Source: a virus (taxonomy: Duplodnaviria; Caudoviricetes). From it: 39,168 nt of DNA. The position numbers and the translations under genes are program-made. The stretch lies in IMG/VR virus record IMGVR_UViG_3300047561_001072, positions 1 to 39,168 of that record; one strand, written 5' to 3'. Below are positions 1-9,917 of this stretch, piece by piece. The notes beneath the pieces were generated by a model that ran no database searches, was not told where the DNA came from, and was given only the letters and a program-made list of their open reading frames with translations. Every line of letters starts with the position of its first letter. The first letter of the stretch is position 1.

Positions 1-2307
1 TGAAGCAGTACCGCCATTAAATCCTGATGAGTTCATACCAAACTCACCATAATTGGTTGAGTTGGTTGCTAAATCATTTGATACAACAAAGTTTGTCGAT
101 GCGTCTGTACCATTACTCTTGTTCTGTAATAGAATTTGATTGTATGTATTAACAGAACTTGAAAATGATGCCAGTATATTAACATCAGAATAATTTAATG
201 TGCCATAATAGATAGCGCCATAGTTATTTGAACCAGTAATTGTACCTGAAGCATTAACAAAAGGTGCAGAGAGTACTCCTGTACCTGGATTAAATGTATA
301 GTTTGTATTAAGATATGCAGCAGATAAAGGACCAGTTGAACCAGCAATAACAGGATAATAAGTACCTGAAGCACCTAAAGTTGTTACACTACCAATAATA
401 CCTGTTGCACCTGTCGCACCGCTTGTTCCATTTGAACCAGCAGGACCAGTAGCACCATTAGATCCAACAAAACCTGAAGCACCACTTATACCATTTGAAC
501 CAGCAGGACCAGTAGCACCATCAGCACCATTTGTTCCGTTTGAACCGGCAGGACCAGAAGCACCAGCAATACCTGTTGCACCAAAAATACCTGAGGCACC
601 AGAAGCACCTTGTTGACCAGCAATACCTGTTGCACCAAAAATACCTGAGGCACCAGAAGCACCTTGAGCACCATCACCGCCTGTTGGTCCTGTTGCACCG
701 TTTGAACCAGCAGAACCGGTAGCACCAGCAATACCTGAAGCACCAGCAGAACCAGCTGCACCTGAAGCACCATTTTTACCAGCAGGACCTTGACCGCCTT
801 GAATAGAATCTACGAGAGCAACATAGTCTAGATATGTTTGATGACCTGCATTACCCGTATTACTGTGGTACAGTCTTAATGATACTGCACCACTATTAAC
901 ATATGGTGTTGAAGAAATAACAGATAATTCAAATTGATAATAACCAGCTAAACCATTATATGAGCCTATTGAATCCCATGATGATGTTGTATTATTATAT
1001 AATTGAACATAAATTGTATGACCAGAAGCAGTTGTGTAATTAACATTAAGATCAATTAAGTTAAACTTATCAACTGCTGTAAAACCCACATCAAATATCC
1101 ATGCAGGACCGGACATTGTACCATCAGTCCAAGCATAACTATTGCCATCATTAAATGTTTGAATGTCTGTTATTGAACCCGATACATTTGCACCATTGGT
1201 TAAACTTGCTGTATTTGCTGTATATGTTGTGACGGCTGGCGAAGCACCTGTAGCACCTGTTGGACCGGTTGAACCGCTAGCACCTTGTATACCTTGAGCA
1301 CCGGTAGCACCATTAATACCGGCAGAACCAGAAGCACCTGCGGCACCATTAAAGCCTGCTGCACCTGAAGCACCACGAACACCTGTAGCACCATTAGTAC
1401 CGGCAGAACCAGAAGCACCTGCGGCACCATTAACACCTGAAGCACCTTGAGAACCTGTGGCACCATCAACAGGTACGGATACTATTGCTAAAATTAATTC
1501 ATTGTTATTGGCTATTGCTGTACCACCACTATCTAATAGTGTTACAGGATATTCAAAATATGAATGTGTATATGCTACTGGAGCTCCAGTAACTTGCCAT
1601 TTTTGGTATCTTGCTGAATCGTTTGCTTCTTGTATGATTAAAATATCATTAACGCTTATTATTCCTAAAAATATATCAATATCAATTGGAGCAGTATCGT
1701 TTGTTACATGGCTAATTCGGAGTGTGTTAGCTGAAAGTAATGTTACATTATTCCAAGTAATTTTACCGGATCCAGGAGCACCGGATTGTGATGATGTGTC
1801 GGCTTTATAATTGTAATAACTTGAAGATTGTCCGGATGGACCTTGTGAACCTGTGGCACCAGAAATACCTGTAGCACCTTGAACACCTGCACCGGTAGCA
1901 CCAGAAATACCTGTAGCACCTTGAACACCTGCACCGGTAGCACCAGAAATACCTGTAGCACCATTTGTACCTGCTGAACCTGTGGCACCGTATGCACCAG
2001 AAGCACCTTGAATACCATCTGGACCTCGAGCGCCTGTAGCACCCGCAGATCCGTTAAAGCCGGCAGCACCAGAAGCACCTCGAGCGCCTGTAGCACCATT
2101 TGTACCATTACTACCATTTGTACCATTTGTACCTGCTGAACCTGTGGCACCGTCTGTGCCATTAGTACCGGCAGGACCTGTAGCACCATGTAATATACCT
2201 GTTGCACCGATCCATGTACCAGCAGAATCTACTATGTCAATTATTCCGCTAGCACCGCCAACGGCAAGGCCATTCTTTATTACGAATTTTTTATTTTGTG
2301 TAGCCAA
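1..2307 (-). CDS. Collagen-repeat tail fibre/appendage protein, partial (C-terminus runs off the left edge; not in ORF track)
   Basis: TTG start at 2307 after GGGGAAAG reads MATQNKKFVIKNGLAVGGASGIIDIVDSAGTWIGATG, the same N-terminal module as the 2352..6638 and 6674..8962 proteins. The frame is open in all segments I translated by hand, down to position 1. G-X-Y blocks alternate with globular inserts (e.g. YNYKADTSSQSGAPGSGKITWNN..., ...YNQILLQNKSNGTDASTNFVVSND...YGEFGMNSS). Confidence 0.88.
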   Translation of the reverse strand, partial: MATQNKKFVIKNGLAVGGASGIIDIVDSAGTWIGATGILHGATGPAGTNGTDGATGSAGTNGTNGSNGTNGATGARGASGAAGFNGSAGATGARGPDGIQGASGAYGATGSAGTNGATGISGATGAGVQGATGISGATGAGVQGATGISGATGSQGPSGQSSSYYNYKADTSSQSGAPGSGKITWNNVTLLSANTLRISHVTNDTAPIDIDIFLGIISVNDILIIQEANDSARYQKWQVTGAPVAYTHSYFEYPVTLLDSGGTAIANNNELILAIVSVPVDGATGSQGASGVNGAAGASGSAGTNGATGVRGASGAAGFNGAAGASGSAGINGATGAQGIQGASGSTGPTGATGASPAVTTYTANTASLTNGANVSGSITDIQTFNDGNSYAWTDGTMSGPAWIFDVGFTAVDKFNLIDLNVNYTTASGHTIYVQLYNNTTSSWDSIGSYNGLAGYYQFELSVISSTPYVNSGAVSLRLYHSNTGNAGHQTYLDYVALVDSIQGGQGPAGKNGASGAAGSAGASGIAGATGSAGSNGATGPTGGDGAQGASGASGIFGATGIAGQQGASGASGIFGATGIAGASGPAGSNGTNGADGATGPAGSNGISGASGFVGSNGATGPAGSNGTSGATGATGIIGSVTTLGASGTYYPVIAGSTGPLSAAYLNTNYTFNPGTGVLSAPFVNASGTITGSNNYGAIYYGTLNYSDVNILASFSSSVNTYNQILLQNKSNGTDASTNFVVSNDLATNSTNYGEFGMNSSGFNGGTAS
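562..666. repeat. Exact 51-nt direct repeat, period 54 nt, in collagen-coding DNA
   Basis: accagcaatacctgttgcaccaaaaatacctgaggcaccagaagcaccttg at 562-612 and 616-666. Confidence 0.9.
1856..1962. repeat. 42-nt tandem repeat (~2.5 copies) in collagen-coding DNA
   Basis: gcaccagaaatacctgtagcaccttgaacacctgcaccggta repeated head to tail; encodes [14 protein letters not shown] units. Confidence 0.85.
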
Positions 2308-2345
2308 GGTTCACTTTCCCCGTGGTTAATTGAATTGTTATATGT

Positions 2346-2353
2346 TATTTATC
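2346..2353 (-). promoter_or_regulatory. T4-type late promoter (GATAAATA)
   Basis: Minus strand TGATAAATA overlaps the upstream stop codon, about 40 nt before the TTG start at 2307; matches the TATAAATA/ATAAATA gp55 consensus. Confidence 0.6.
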
Positions 2354-5300
2354 AATAACCATAGGTGATCTTATCAAAGGTTCTAGATGTAAAGTTACCT
2401 GAATCAATAGTTACAATCAATGTCATACCATCCCAACTAAAGATTGTGCCAATTGCTGGATTTACCGGACCAACACCTGCTTCATCAAATGTTACAGAAG
2501 TTCCAATTAATGAAGTGAAATTGATTTGATCGTACCAATAATTTCCTGGATAAATGTAAGCTTTTCCTACTGGAATATCACCATCATCACTATGAGTGAA
2601 TGAACTAAATTGATCTAATCCACTTGGATCATCTACTGTAGTTCCACCAATACGACCAACAACATCTTCACGAACCCATGAGAATGTTGTGCCAGAAACT
2701 ATTGGAGTTACTTTGAGTGATATAATTGAACCGTTTGTAGTTGCAGTTACATCCATAACTTTATCACCAGTTCTTAGTGTAGCATACTCAGTTAACATTA
2801 TACTTGAATTATTTTGTGTAAGAATAACTTGTGTTGCTTGAACATTGGTTGAACCATCAACACCTTGAACAAGATACTTAGCAGTACCAACTTTATTGGC
2901 AGCAAACATATCAATTGTTGTTAATGATGTTGTAGATAAACCGGTAGATCCAGTAACAAGGCTGAAACCTTGTAAGCCGTTATGGCCTGAAGCACCATCA
3001 ATACCTTGAGTACCTTGGTCACCAGCAACACCAGAATCACCAATTTCACCAACAGTACCTTGAGTACCAACAATACCTTGGTCGCCATCGTATCCTACTA
3101 CGCCAGTAGCACCTGTAGAACCCGTGTAACCTTGTGCGCCATCAGGACCAGTAGCACCTTGGTCACCAACAACACCTTGTGTGCCGTTATTACCCGTTAC
3201 ACCTGAAGCACCAACAAGACCTGTAGCACCTGAAGCACCCATCTGGCCAACAGCACCATCAAGATTAACTGTCCAACCGGATACAATAGTGGCAGTACCA
3301 ACTGATTTAGTAACTGTAAAATCAATGTATGTTCCGTCTGTTGCTGTAATATCACCAACCATGTAGTTGTTAATATCTTTGGCCATCACTACTGATTGAC
3401 TTACAGCATAACTATATGTGTTGTTATTTGTATCTGGATCTGTTAAGAATTCCACATGAACATTTGATCCTATCGCTTCTATTGCAAAACTACCACTAGC
3501 AGATGCTTTGAATTGTAGACCTTGCCAACCTGTGGCACCAGTGATACCAAGTTCACCTGTAGGACCTGAAGCACCATCTGTACCAATAGAACCATCAACA
3601 CCTTGGTCGCCATCAAGACCTGTGGGACCTGAAGCGCCATCTGTACCAATAGAACCATCAACACCTTGAGGACCATCTGCACCAGTAGCACCTAGATCAC
3701 CAACAACACCTTGGTCACCATCGTTGCCAACAAAACCTGTAGCACCTAGATAACCTGTGGCACCACTTGCACCAGCATACGCTGTAGTTTTCCAATAGTC
3801 CGTAACGTTAGCAATGTTAATTGAACCTGCCATCATTGAATGATACTGACAAACATAATACAATGTGCTAGGAGCATCATTTGGTACTGTGAAAGTTATA
3901 ACGCCATTTTGAGTTCCGTTATCAGTTACTCCAGTGTTATATACATCACCAGAACTGTACCCTCCAGAAACAGATTGAATCCAGAATGGATGTCCGCTGG
4001 CACTTACATTAAGTATATAAGTAAATCCACGGAACAAAGATAATGGAGCATTACCCGATCCATCAATAAGATATGCACCAGATCCAAAGTTGGTTACTGT
4101 AAAATTTCTTGTATTATTATCTGGATAATAGTTAGTATTTTCTGTCAAACATCTGTGTGAATCAGGACTTGGAGCAGTAGTAACTACAATATCATCCGGA
4201 TAATATGTTGTGCCAGCATCCCATGCGCCACGAGCATTACCGTATGTTAATTGGTCTGCATCGTAACCAGCATTACCAACACCACCTTGTTCACCATCAA
4301 TACCGGTAGCGCCTGTGTAACCTATATTTGTTGGACCAGCAGCAACAACTATAGTGTCTGCTAGCATATTATTGGATTCAAATACGTTACTAGACAGGCC
4401 ACCTGGTTCAGCACTTACTTGCAAGAAGAATGGTGCATATGTACCACCACTTTGAACTGCACTTTGAACTGTTACAGTCTGAGGAGATACTTGACCTGAT
4501 CCGTGTGTCCAGTCAATAGTTAAAGTATCACCAATATTTAAAGCAGCTAACTCATTATAAATTGGTTCAGTATTTGTAAATTCTAATTTTGGTACTGGAA
4601 TACCTCCTGCGGCACTTCCAGTAAAGTACATGTCCGACCAATCAACACCATATTGATATGTTGCGGCTGGTGCACCAGATCCATCACCACCTTGGAGACC
4701 AGTAGCACCAAAAATACCGGTAGCACCATCTAAACCTGTAACACCAATATCACCTTCAGTACCTTGATCACCTTGAACACCATTAGAACCTGCAGTACCC
4801 GTAGTACCAGTTGGACCTGTGAAACCTCTATTCAGAGTTCTGATACTTGCACCGGTAAAAGTGTAACTTTCACCTACTAAAAATTGTTCACTATAAGATG
4901 AATCAATAGTAATGGTTCTATTTGGACCATCAATAGCTGTAACAGGAACATTATTTACTCCTGGACCATTTGCTAACCAACCTATTTGTACATCAAATAA
5001 ATTTATTTGTCCGTTATAAACTTCCGGACCATTGACCATTTCATTATAAAAGAATCCTGTGTAACTTGAACTGCCACCTACATTGGTACCACCAACAGTA
5101 ATTATTTTTCCTGTACCATCAGTACCGGTAGTTCCTTGTGAACCAGAAGCACCTTGAATACCATTATCACCTGTAGGTCCTACTGTGCCTTGGTCTCCAA
5201 CTACACCAGTAGCGCCTGTAATTCCTGATTGACCTTCTGTACCAATAGAACCATCAACACCTTGAGCACCACTATTACCTGTTACACCTGAAGCTCCAGC

Positions 5301-6638
5301 AGCACCTTCTGCACCATCGAGGTTAATTTCCCATGCACTTGCTGAACCAGAACCAACATGGTCAATAGGATTAAATGCTAATACTTTTGTACCAGGATTA
5401 AAACTAGTAACACTAGCATGAATATGTTTGCCACCACCATCTGCCAATAAAATTGTTTGACCAACAGAATAATTTAAATCATCATCAACAACTGTAACGC
5501 CTGTAGCGCCTGTTGTTAAATTTAAAGTTGTTGTTGATGTTGTATGATATCTTGCACCATGAGCACCAGTAGCACCAATATAACCGGTAGCACCTGTAGA
5601 ACCTTGTGCACCTAAATTTGCTTCGTGGCCTAATCCTAAAAATATAGCACCAGTTGGAACAGTATATGCTGCGGTTGGTTGTATGGTAAATTGAGCTCCA
5701 CCAGTATTACCATAAATTGATATTGCTGGATATACATCATTACCTAAAGAAGCATTGTATGCAATAGCACCTACGCCACTTGTTATGTTACCTGATCCAA
5801 TACTAGGATCATTATTCCAGTTTCCACCGTTTACACGAATCCATAATAAGCGATTATCAGAATCAACAGCAATATCAACCACATCACCAGCAGTAAATGT
5901 TGGTAAACCTGTAGTTTGAGTTGTTCCGTTCCATACAAATGCACCATCTTGTCTAAAGCCTACAGAATTTCCATCGTTAAAACCAAGATATTCATCGAGA
6001 GCAGCATTACGGTTTGCAATACCAACAAATTGATAAGTGTCGGTGTAAGAGTCCAGCTTAATGCTGAACATATGAAAATCACCATCACTATGAAGATTTT
6101 TAGTACCTAAAACTGCATAGTTGCCAGGTTGTAAAAGACCAACGGTAGAATTATTACTTTGTAATTCTAACCATGGACCTTTATAATTTTGGTCGAATAC
6201 AAATCCAACCCAAGTCTGTCCACCACCAGTTACACCTTGATCACCCGTTGTGCCTCGGCTACCAGTTGCACCAAAAGTACCAATAGAACCATCAACACCT
6301 TGTAATCCATCAGAGCCCAACGGACCTTCAAAGCCGTTATAACCAACACCACCAGTTACGCCAGTATTACCTAATTGTCCTGTTGTACCAAAATCGCCTG
6401 TTGTACCAATAGAACCAATAACGCCTTGTGTACCATTATTACCTGTTACACCCGTGGCACCATCAGTACCATTAGAACCGGTAACACCTTGAACACCTTC
6501 AGCACCTGTGGCACCGTAAGGAGATCCTGTAGCACCTGGAGCGGCAACCCATTGGCCTGAACTGTTGATTACTTCAAAACCAGAAGCGCCAACCGCCAGT
6601 CCATTTTTGACATTAAATTTTATATCATTCGTTGACAC
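2352..6638 (-). CDS. Multidomain collagen-repeat tail fibre (1428 aa) with SPRY/ConA-like, CBM5/12-like and cupredoxin-like domains
   Basis: GTG start after AGGAG. Acidic G-X-Y blocks; SPRY-like segment (FVGIA...GDVVDIAVDSDNRLLWIRVNG...VYPAISIY); GHPF...YYVCQYHSMM motif; C-terminal TAKYLVQ...TEYAT module. Confidence 0.88.
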   Translation of the reverse strand: MSTNDIKFNVKNGLAVGASGFEVINSSGQWVAAPGATGSPYGATGAEGVQGVTGSNGTDGATGVTGNNGTQGVIGSIGTTGDFGTTGQLGNTGVTGGVGYNGFEGPLGSDGLQGVDGSIGTFGATGSRGTTGDQGVTGGGQTWVGFVFDQNYKGPWLELQSNNSTVGLLQPGNYAVLGTKNLHSDGDFHMFSIKLDSYTDTYQFVGIANRNAALDEYLGFNDGNSVGFRQDGAFVWNGTTQTTGLPTFTAGDVVDIAVDSDNRLLWIRVNGGNWNNDPSIGSGNITSGVGAIAYNASLGNDVYPAISIYGNTGGAQFTIQPTAAYTVPTGAIFLGLGHEANLGAQGSTGATGYIGATGAHGARYHTTSTTTLNLTTGATGVTVVDDDLNYSVGQTILLADGGGKHIHASVTSFNPGTKVLAFNPIDHVGSGSASAWEINLDGAEGAAGASGVTGNSGAQGVDGSIGTEGQSGITGATGVVGDQGTVGPTGDNGIQGASGSQGTTGTDGTGKIITVGGTNVGGSSSYTGFFYNEMVNGPEVYNGQINLFDVQIGWLANGPGVNNVPVTAIDGPNRTITIDSSYSEQFLVGESYTFTGASIRTLNRGFTGPTGTTGTAGSNGVQGDQGTEGDIGVTGLDGATGIFGATGLQGGDGSGAPAATYQYGVDWSDMYFTGSAAGGIPVPKLEFTNTEPIYNELAALNIGDTLTIDWTHGSGQVSPQTVTVQSAVQSGGTYAPFFLQVSAEPGGLSSNVFESNNMLADTIVVAAGPTNIGYTGATGIDGEQGGVGNAGYDADQLTYGNARGAWDAGTTYYPDDIVVTTAPSPDSHRCLTENTNYYPDNNTRNFTVTNFGSGAYLIDGSGNAPLSLFRGFTYILNVSASGHPFWIQSVSGGYSSGDVYNTGVTDNGTQNGVITFTVPNDAPSTLYYVCQYHSMMAGSINIANVTDYWKTTAYAGASGATGYLGATGFVGNDGDQGVVGDLGATGADGPQGVDGSIGTDGASGPTGLDGDQGVDGSIGTDGASGPTGELGITGATGWQGLQFKASASGSFAIEAIGSNVHVEFLTDPDTNNNTYSYAVSQSVVMAKDINNYMVGDITATDGTYIDFTVTKSVGTATIVSGWTVNLDGAVGQMGASGATGLVGASGVTGNNGTQGVVGDQGATGPDGAQGYTGSTGATGVVGYDGDQGIVGTQGTVGEIGDSGVAGDQGTQGIDGASGHNGLQGFSLVTGSTGLSTTSLTTIDMFAANKVGTAKYLVQGVDGSTNVQATQVILTQNNSSIMLTEYATLRTGDKVMDVTATTNGSIISLKVTPIVSGTTFSWVREDVVGRIGGTTVDDPSGLDQFSSFTHSDDGDIPVGKAYIYPGNYWYDQINFTSLIGTSVTFDEAGVGPVNPAIGTIFSWDGMTLIVTIDSGNFTSRTFDKITYGY

Positions 6639-6673
6639 AAGCAGTCTCCTAAATTATTGTTTTTATTTTTTTA

Positions 6674-8962
6674 TTAAGCTAATACTGCTTCACGCAAGAA
6701 GTCGATAGTTGTATTTGTATATGTTGGAGAAACTTTAACATAAACAATACCTGTATTGTAATCTGCTGATACTGTCATTAATGAATCTGATGAATACATT
6801 GTAGCATATTCAGTTACAGATGCATCAGTACCATTATGTGTTACAATAACTTCTGTTGAATGTACTTCTCCAGAATGTGTAGCTTGAATGATATACTTAG
6901 CAGTTCTATAAACGGTAGCATCATATTGATCAATTGTTTGATTGGTAACTGTTGTTGTTAATGCTGCACCATCTTGTGTCAAACCTGTACCAGTAGCACC
7001 AGCAATACCTGTAGCACCCGAAGCACCTTGAGAGCCGGTAGCACCAGAAGCACCTTGATAACCCGTAGCACCAACTGGTCCAGTTGAACCACTAGCACCT
7101 TGAATACCAGTAGCACCTGTTGGTCCAGTAGAACCTTGGTCACCTTGTGAACCTGTGGCACCAGAAGCACCTTGTGGTCCAGTTGAACCTGAGGCACCTT
7201 GAACACCTGTAGCACCTGTGTAACCTGTGGCACCAGTATCACCAGTTGTACCACTAGCACCTTGAATACCTTGAGCGCCATCTAAGTTAACTGTCCAATC
7301 ACTATATTCGCCTGAACCAACATAAGTTGTTTTAGCAAATGTGAGAGTTGTACCGGAATAACTTACTACAGTACCTAATTGATAATTTGCTGGTTGAGTG
7401 ACAGAACCAACAATAATTGTTTGACCAATCGAGTATGAAAGACCGGCAGCAATTGTTAATGGAATGTTGCCTGTACCACCAATAGTGAATGTTGAAGTTG
7501 ATGTTGTTTGATACAGATCGCCTCGAGCACCTGAAGCACCATCAATACCAGTAGCACCTGTATAGCCGGTAGCACCATCAGCGCCTGTGGCTCCTGAAGC
7601 ACCTTGTACACCAGTAGCACCTGTATAACCGGTAGCACCATCAGCGCCTGTGGCTCCTGAAGCACCTTGATAACCAGTTGCGCCATCAATACCTGTGGCA
7701 CCTGAGGCACCTTGAACACCAGTAGCACCTGTGTAACCTGTTGCACCGTCTATACCAGCAGAACCTGTGGCACCAGTAAGACCGGTAGCACCAATTACAC
7801 CAGTAGCACCTGAAGCACCTTGAACACCCGAAGCACCTTGAACACCTTGAGCACCAGTAGCGCCTGAAGCACCAACTGCACCTGTGATACCACTAGCACC
7901 ATCAATACCTGTGGCGCCTGTGTAACCAGTAGCACCTGTGTAACCCGTGGCACCAGAGGCACCTTGATAACCTGTGGCGCCAGAAATACCTGTTGCACCA
8001 TCAGCACCTGTGGCACCTGAAGCACCTTGAGTACCAGTAGCACCAGAAGCACCTTGAACACCTTGAGAGCCGGTAGCACCAACTGGACCTGTTGAACCTG
8101 AAGCACCTTGAGTACCAGTTAAACCAGTAGCACCTTGAACGCCTGTAGCCCCCGAAGCACCTTGAACACCAGTAGCACCCGTATAACCGGTAGCACCTTG
8201 AACACCAACTGCGCCGTCAAGGTTTACTGTCCATGATGAACGTGAAGTAGCATCTACGTTATCAATATTTGTAACAGTTAATTTTAATTCACCATTAGCT
8301 GGATTGTATGAGTTCACCGTACCATGAATATGGACTGAAGGTACTGCAGTGGATGCAACCATTACAGTTTGTTGTGGACTATAATCTAAATTTAAATCTG
8401 TTGTAAAAAGTATAAGTTCTTGTGAAACAGAATAATCATCTAAATTTAATGTCGTTGTAGATGTTGTATTGTATTTGTCACCATCAAGACCAGCAGAACC
8501 GGTAGCACCAGTTATACCGCTAGCACCTGTGTAACCTGTAGCACCAGAGGCACCATCAATACCTGTAGCACCGGTTAAACCAGTTGCACCTATTTCGCCT
8601 GTAGCGCCAGAAATACCTGTAGCACCAGAAGCACCTCTAATACCTGTGGCACCTTGAACACCGGTAGCACCTTGAACACCTGTGGCTCCTGTATTACCGG
8701 TAGCACCCGTGTAACCTGTGGCACCAGCAATACCTGTGGCACCAGAAGCACCTTGAACGCCTGTAGCACCAGTTTGACCAGTAGCTCCGGCAATACCTGT
8801 GGCTCCTGTATAACCTGTGGCACCAGTAGAACCTTGAGCTCCGATTACGCCAGATGATCCTACCCAATTACCACTAGCGTCAATGACATCTATCGGGCCT
8901 GTGGCACCGTTACCTACGGATAGACCGTTTTTAACTACGAATTTTGAATTATTGGTTGCCAC
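6674..8962 (-). CDS. Collagen-repeat tail fibre/appendage protein (762 aa)
   Basis: GTG start after AAGGAG. Long GAT/GAS/GYT/GVQ triplet runs, two internal Y..TST...W.VNLDGA modules, C-terminal YRTAKYIIQ...TEYATM module. Confidence 0.9.
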   Translation of the reverse strand: MATNNSKFVVKNGLSVGNGATGPIDVIDASGNWVGSSGVIGAQGSTGATGYTGATGIAGATGQTGATGVQGASGATGIAGATGYTGATGNTGATGVQGATGVQGATGIRGASGATGISGATGEIGATGLTGATGIDGASGATGYTGASGITGATGSAGLDGDKYNTTSTTTLNLDDYSVSQELILFTTDLNLDYSPQQTVMVASTAVPSVHIHGTVNSYNPANGELKLTVTNIDNVDATSRSSWTVNLDGAVGVQGATGYTGATGVQGASGATGVQGATGLTGTQGASGSTGPVGATGSQGVQGASGATGTQGASGATGADGATGISGATGYQGASGATGYTGATGYTGATGIDGASGITGAVGASGATGAQGVQGASGVQGASGATGVIGATGLTGATGSAGIDGATGYTGATGVQGASGATGIDGATGYQGASGATGADGATGYTGATGVQGASGATGADGATGYTGATGIDGASGARGDLYQTTSTSTFTIGGTGNIPLTIAAGLSYSIGQTIIVGSVTQPANYQLGTVVSYSGTTLTFAKTTYVGSGEYSDWTVNLDGAQGIQGASGTTGDTGATGYTGATGVQGASGSTGPQGASGATGSQGDQGSTGPTGATGIQGASGSTGPVGATGYQGASGATGSQGASGATGIAGATGTGLTQDGAALTTTVTNQTIDQYDATVYRTAKYIIQATHSGEVHSTEVIVTHNGTDASVTEYATMYSSDSLMTVSADYNTGIVYVKVSPTYTNTTIDFLREAVLA

Positions 8963-8999
8963 AGTTGTTTCTCCTTGATGGGGTTTTTGTGCTATATTC

Positions 9000-9007
9000 T
9001 ATTTATG
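9000..9007 (-). promoter_or_regulatory. T4-type late promoter (CATAAATA)
   Basis: ATAAATA on the minus strand overlapping the stop of 9003..9917, upstream of the 8962 start. Confidence 0.6.
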
Positions 9008-9917
9008 AAATTCTTCTTGTTATAAACTTGATTGTTGTCGAAGTATTATTGGGGGTAAATCTTAATTCTACGTTACCTGTACCTGTCCACACCACACTAT
9101 TCAATAATTTTGCTGGACTTTGATTTGTTGAAGTACTTGCATCGTATATACCACTACTAGTTTCTGTAAAAGAACTAGACAGAGTGGCTGTATAAGAACT
9201 TGAAGTACTATCGACACCTGTTATAATTGTACCTGAATTGGCTGATAACAAGGCCAACTGTATAGTAGTATTAGAAGTGTATACTCTTAGGTTTGTACCG
9301 TTCCATACTGAAACGCCACCATTATTTATATTTCCACCTGAGTAATTATTGGTTGCTGGTGAATAGTAAGAATTAAAATTTCCTAATGGCGAACCAATCA
9401 TAGCATATTCGGTAAGAAAAGCATTGGGTTGACTGATTAGTAATTTCAATTCAGTTGCTTGATAGCTTGAACCACAACTTACTTGTGCTTCGTATTGAAC
9501 GCTTCTTACAGATGATGGGTTAATAGTATCAATTACGGTTTCATTTGTATTACTACCTGATGTGGTAACTGTAGTGATTGATACACCACTAGCAAAAGAT
9601 ACTTCAGACCAATTGGCTTCGGCATTGGGTACTGCACCAGTAATTGCGCTACGAGATTCACCAACACCTAATTTGTAAGTGAAATATGTATCACCAGCTC
9701 TTGTATATCCACCTGCTGTGTATCCTGTTTTTAAATACACCAACATACCTTCCTGGATTCTTGCACCAGGAATGTTTGTTAATTTATCTCCAGAATCACC
9801 ACTAATACTTTGTAGTGTACCTCTAAGCTCTGTATCAAGAGCAATAGGTGCGTTAGTACCGGTACTCCAGGTACCAGGCCATATATTTCGTGTTAGACCA
9901 TCGTAGTTACTTGACAT
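9003..9917 (-). CDS. Virion fibre-associated protein (304 aa)
   Basis: N-terminal IPGARIQEGMLVYL motif typical of phage fibre proteins; C-terminal RSVQYEAQ...LTEYAM...GNVELRFTP module shared with neighbours; start overlaps the upstream stop (TAATG). Confidence 0.8.
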   Translation of the reverse strand: MSSNYDGLTRNIWPGTWSTGTNAPIALDTELRGTLQSISGDSGDKLTNIPGARIQEGMLVYLKTGYTAGGYTRAGDTYFTYKLGVGESRSAITGAVPNAEANWSEVSFASGVSITTVTTSGSNTNETVIDTINPSSVRSVQYEAQVSCGSSYQATELKLLISQPNAFLTEYAMIGSPLGNFNSYYSPATNNYSGGNINNGGVSVWNGTNLRVYTSNTTIQLALLSANSGTIITGVDSTSSSYTATLSSSFTETSSGIYDASTSTNQSPAKLLNSVVWTGTGNVELRFTPNNTSTTIKFITRRIS

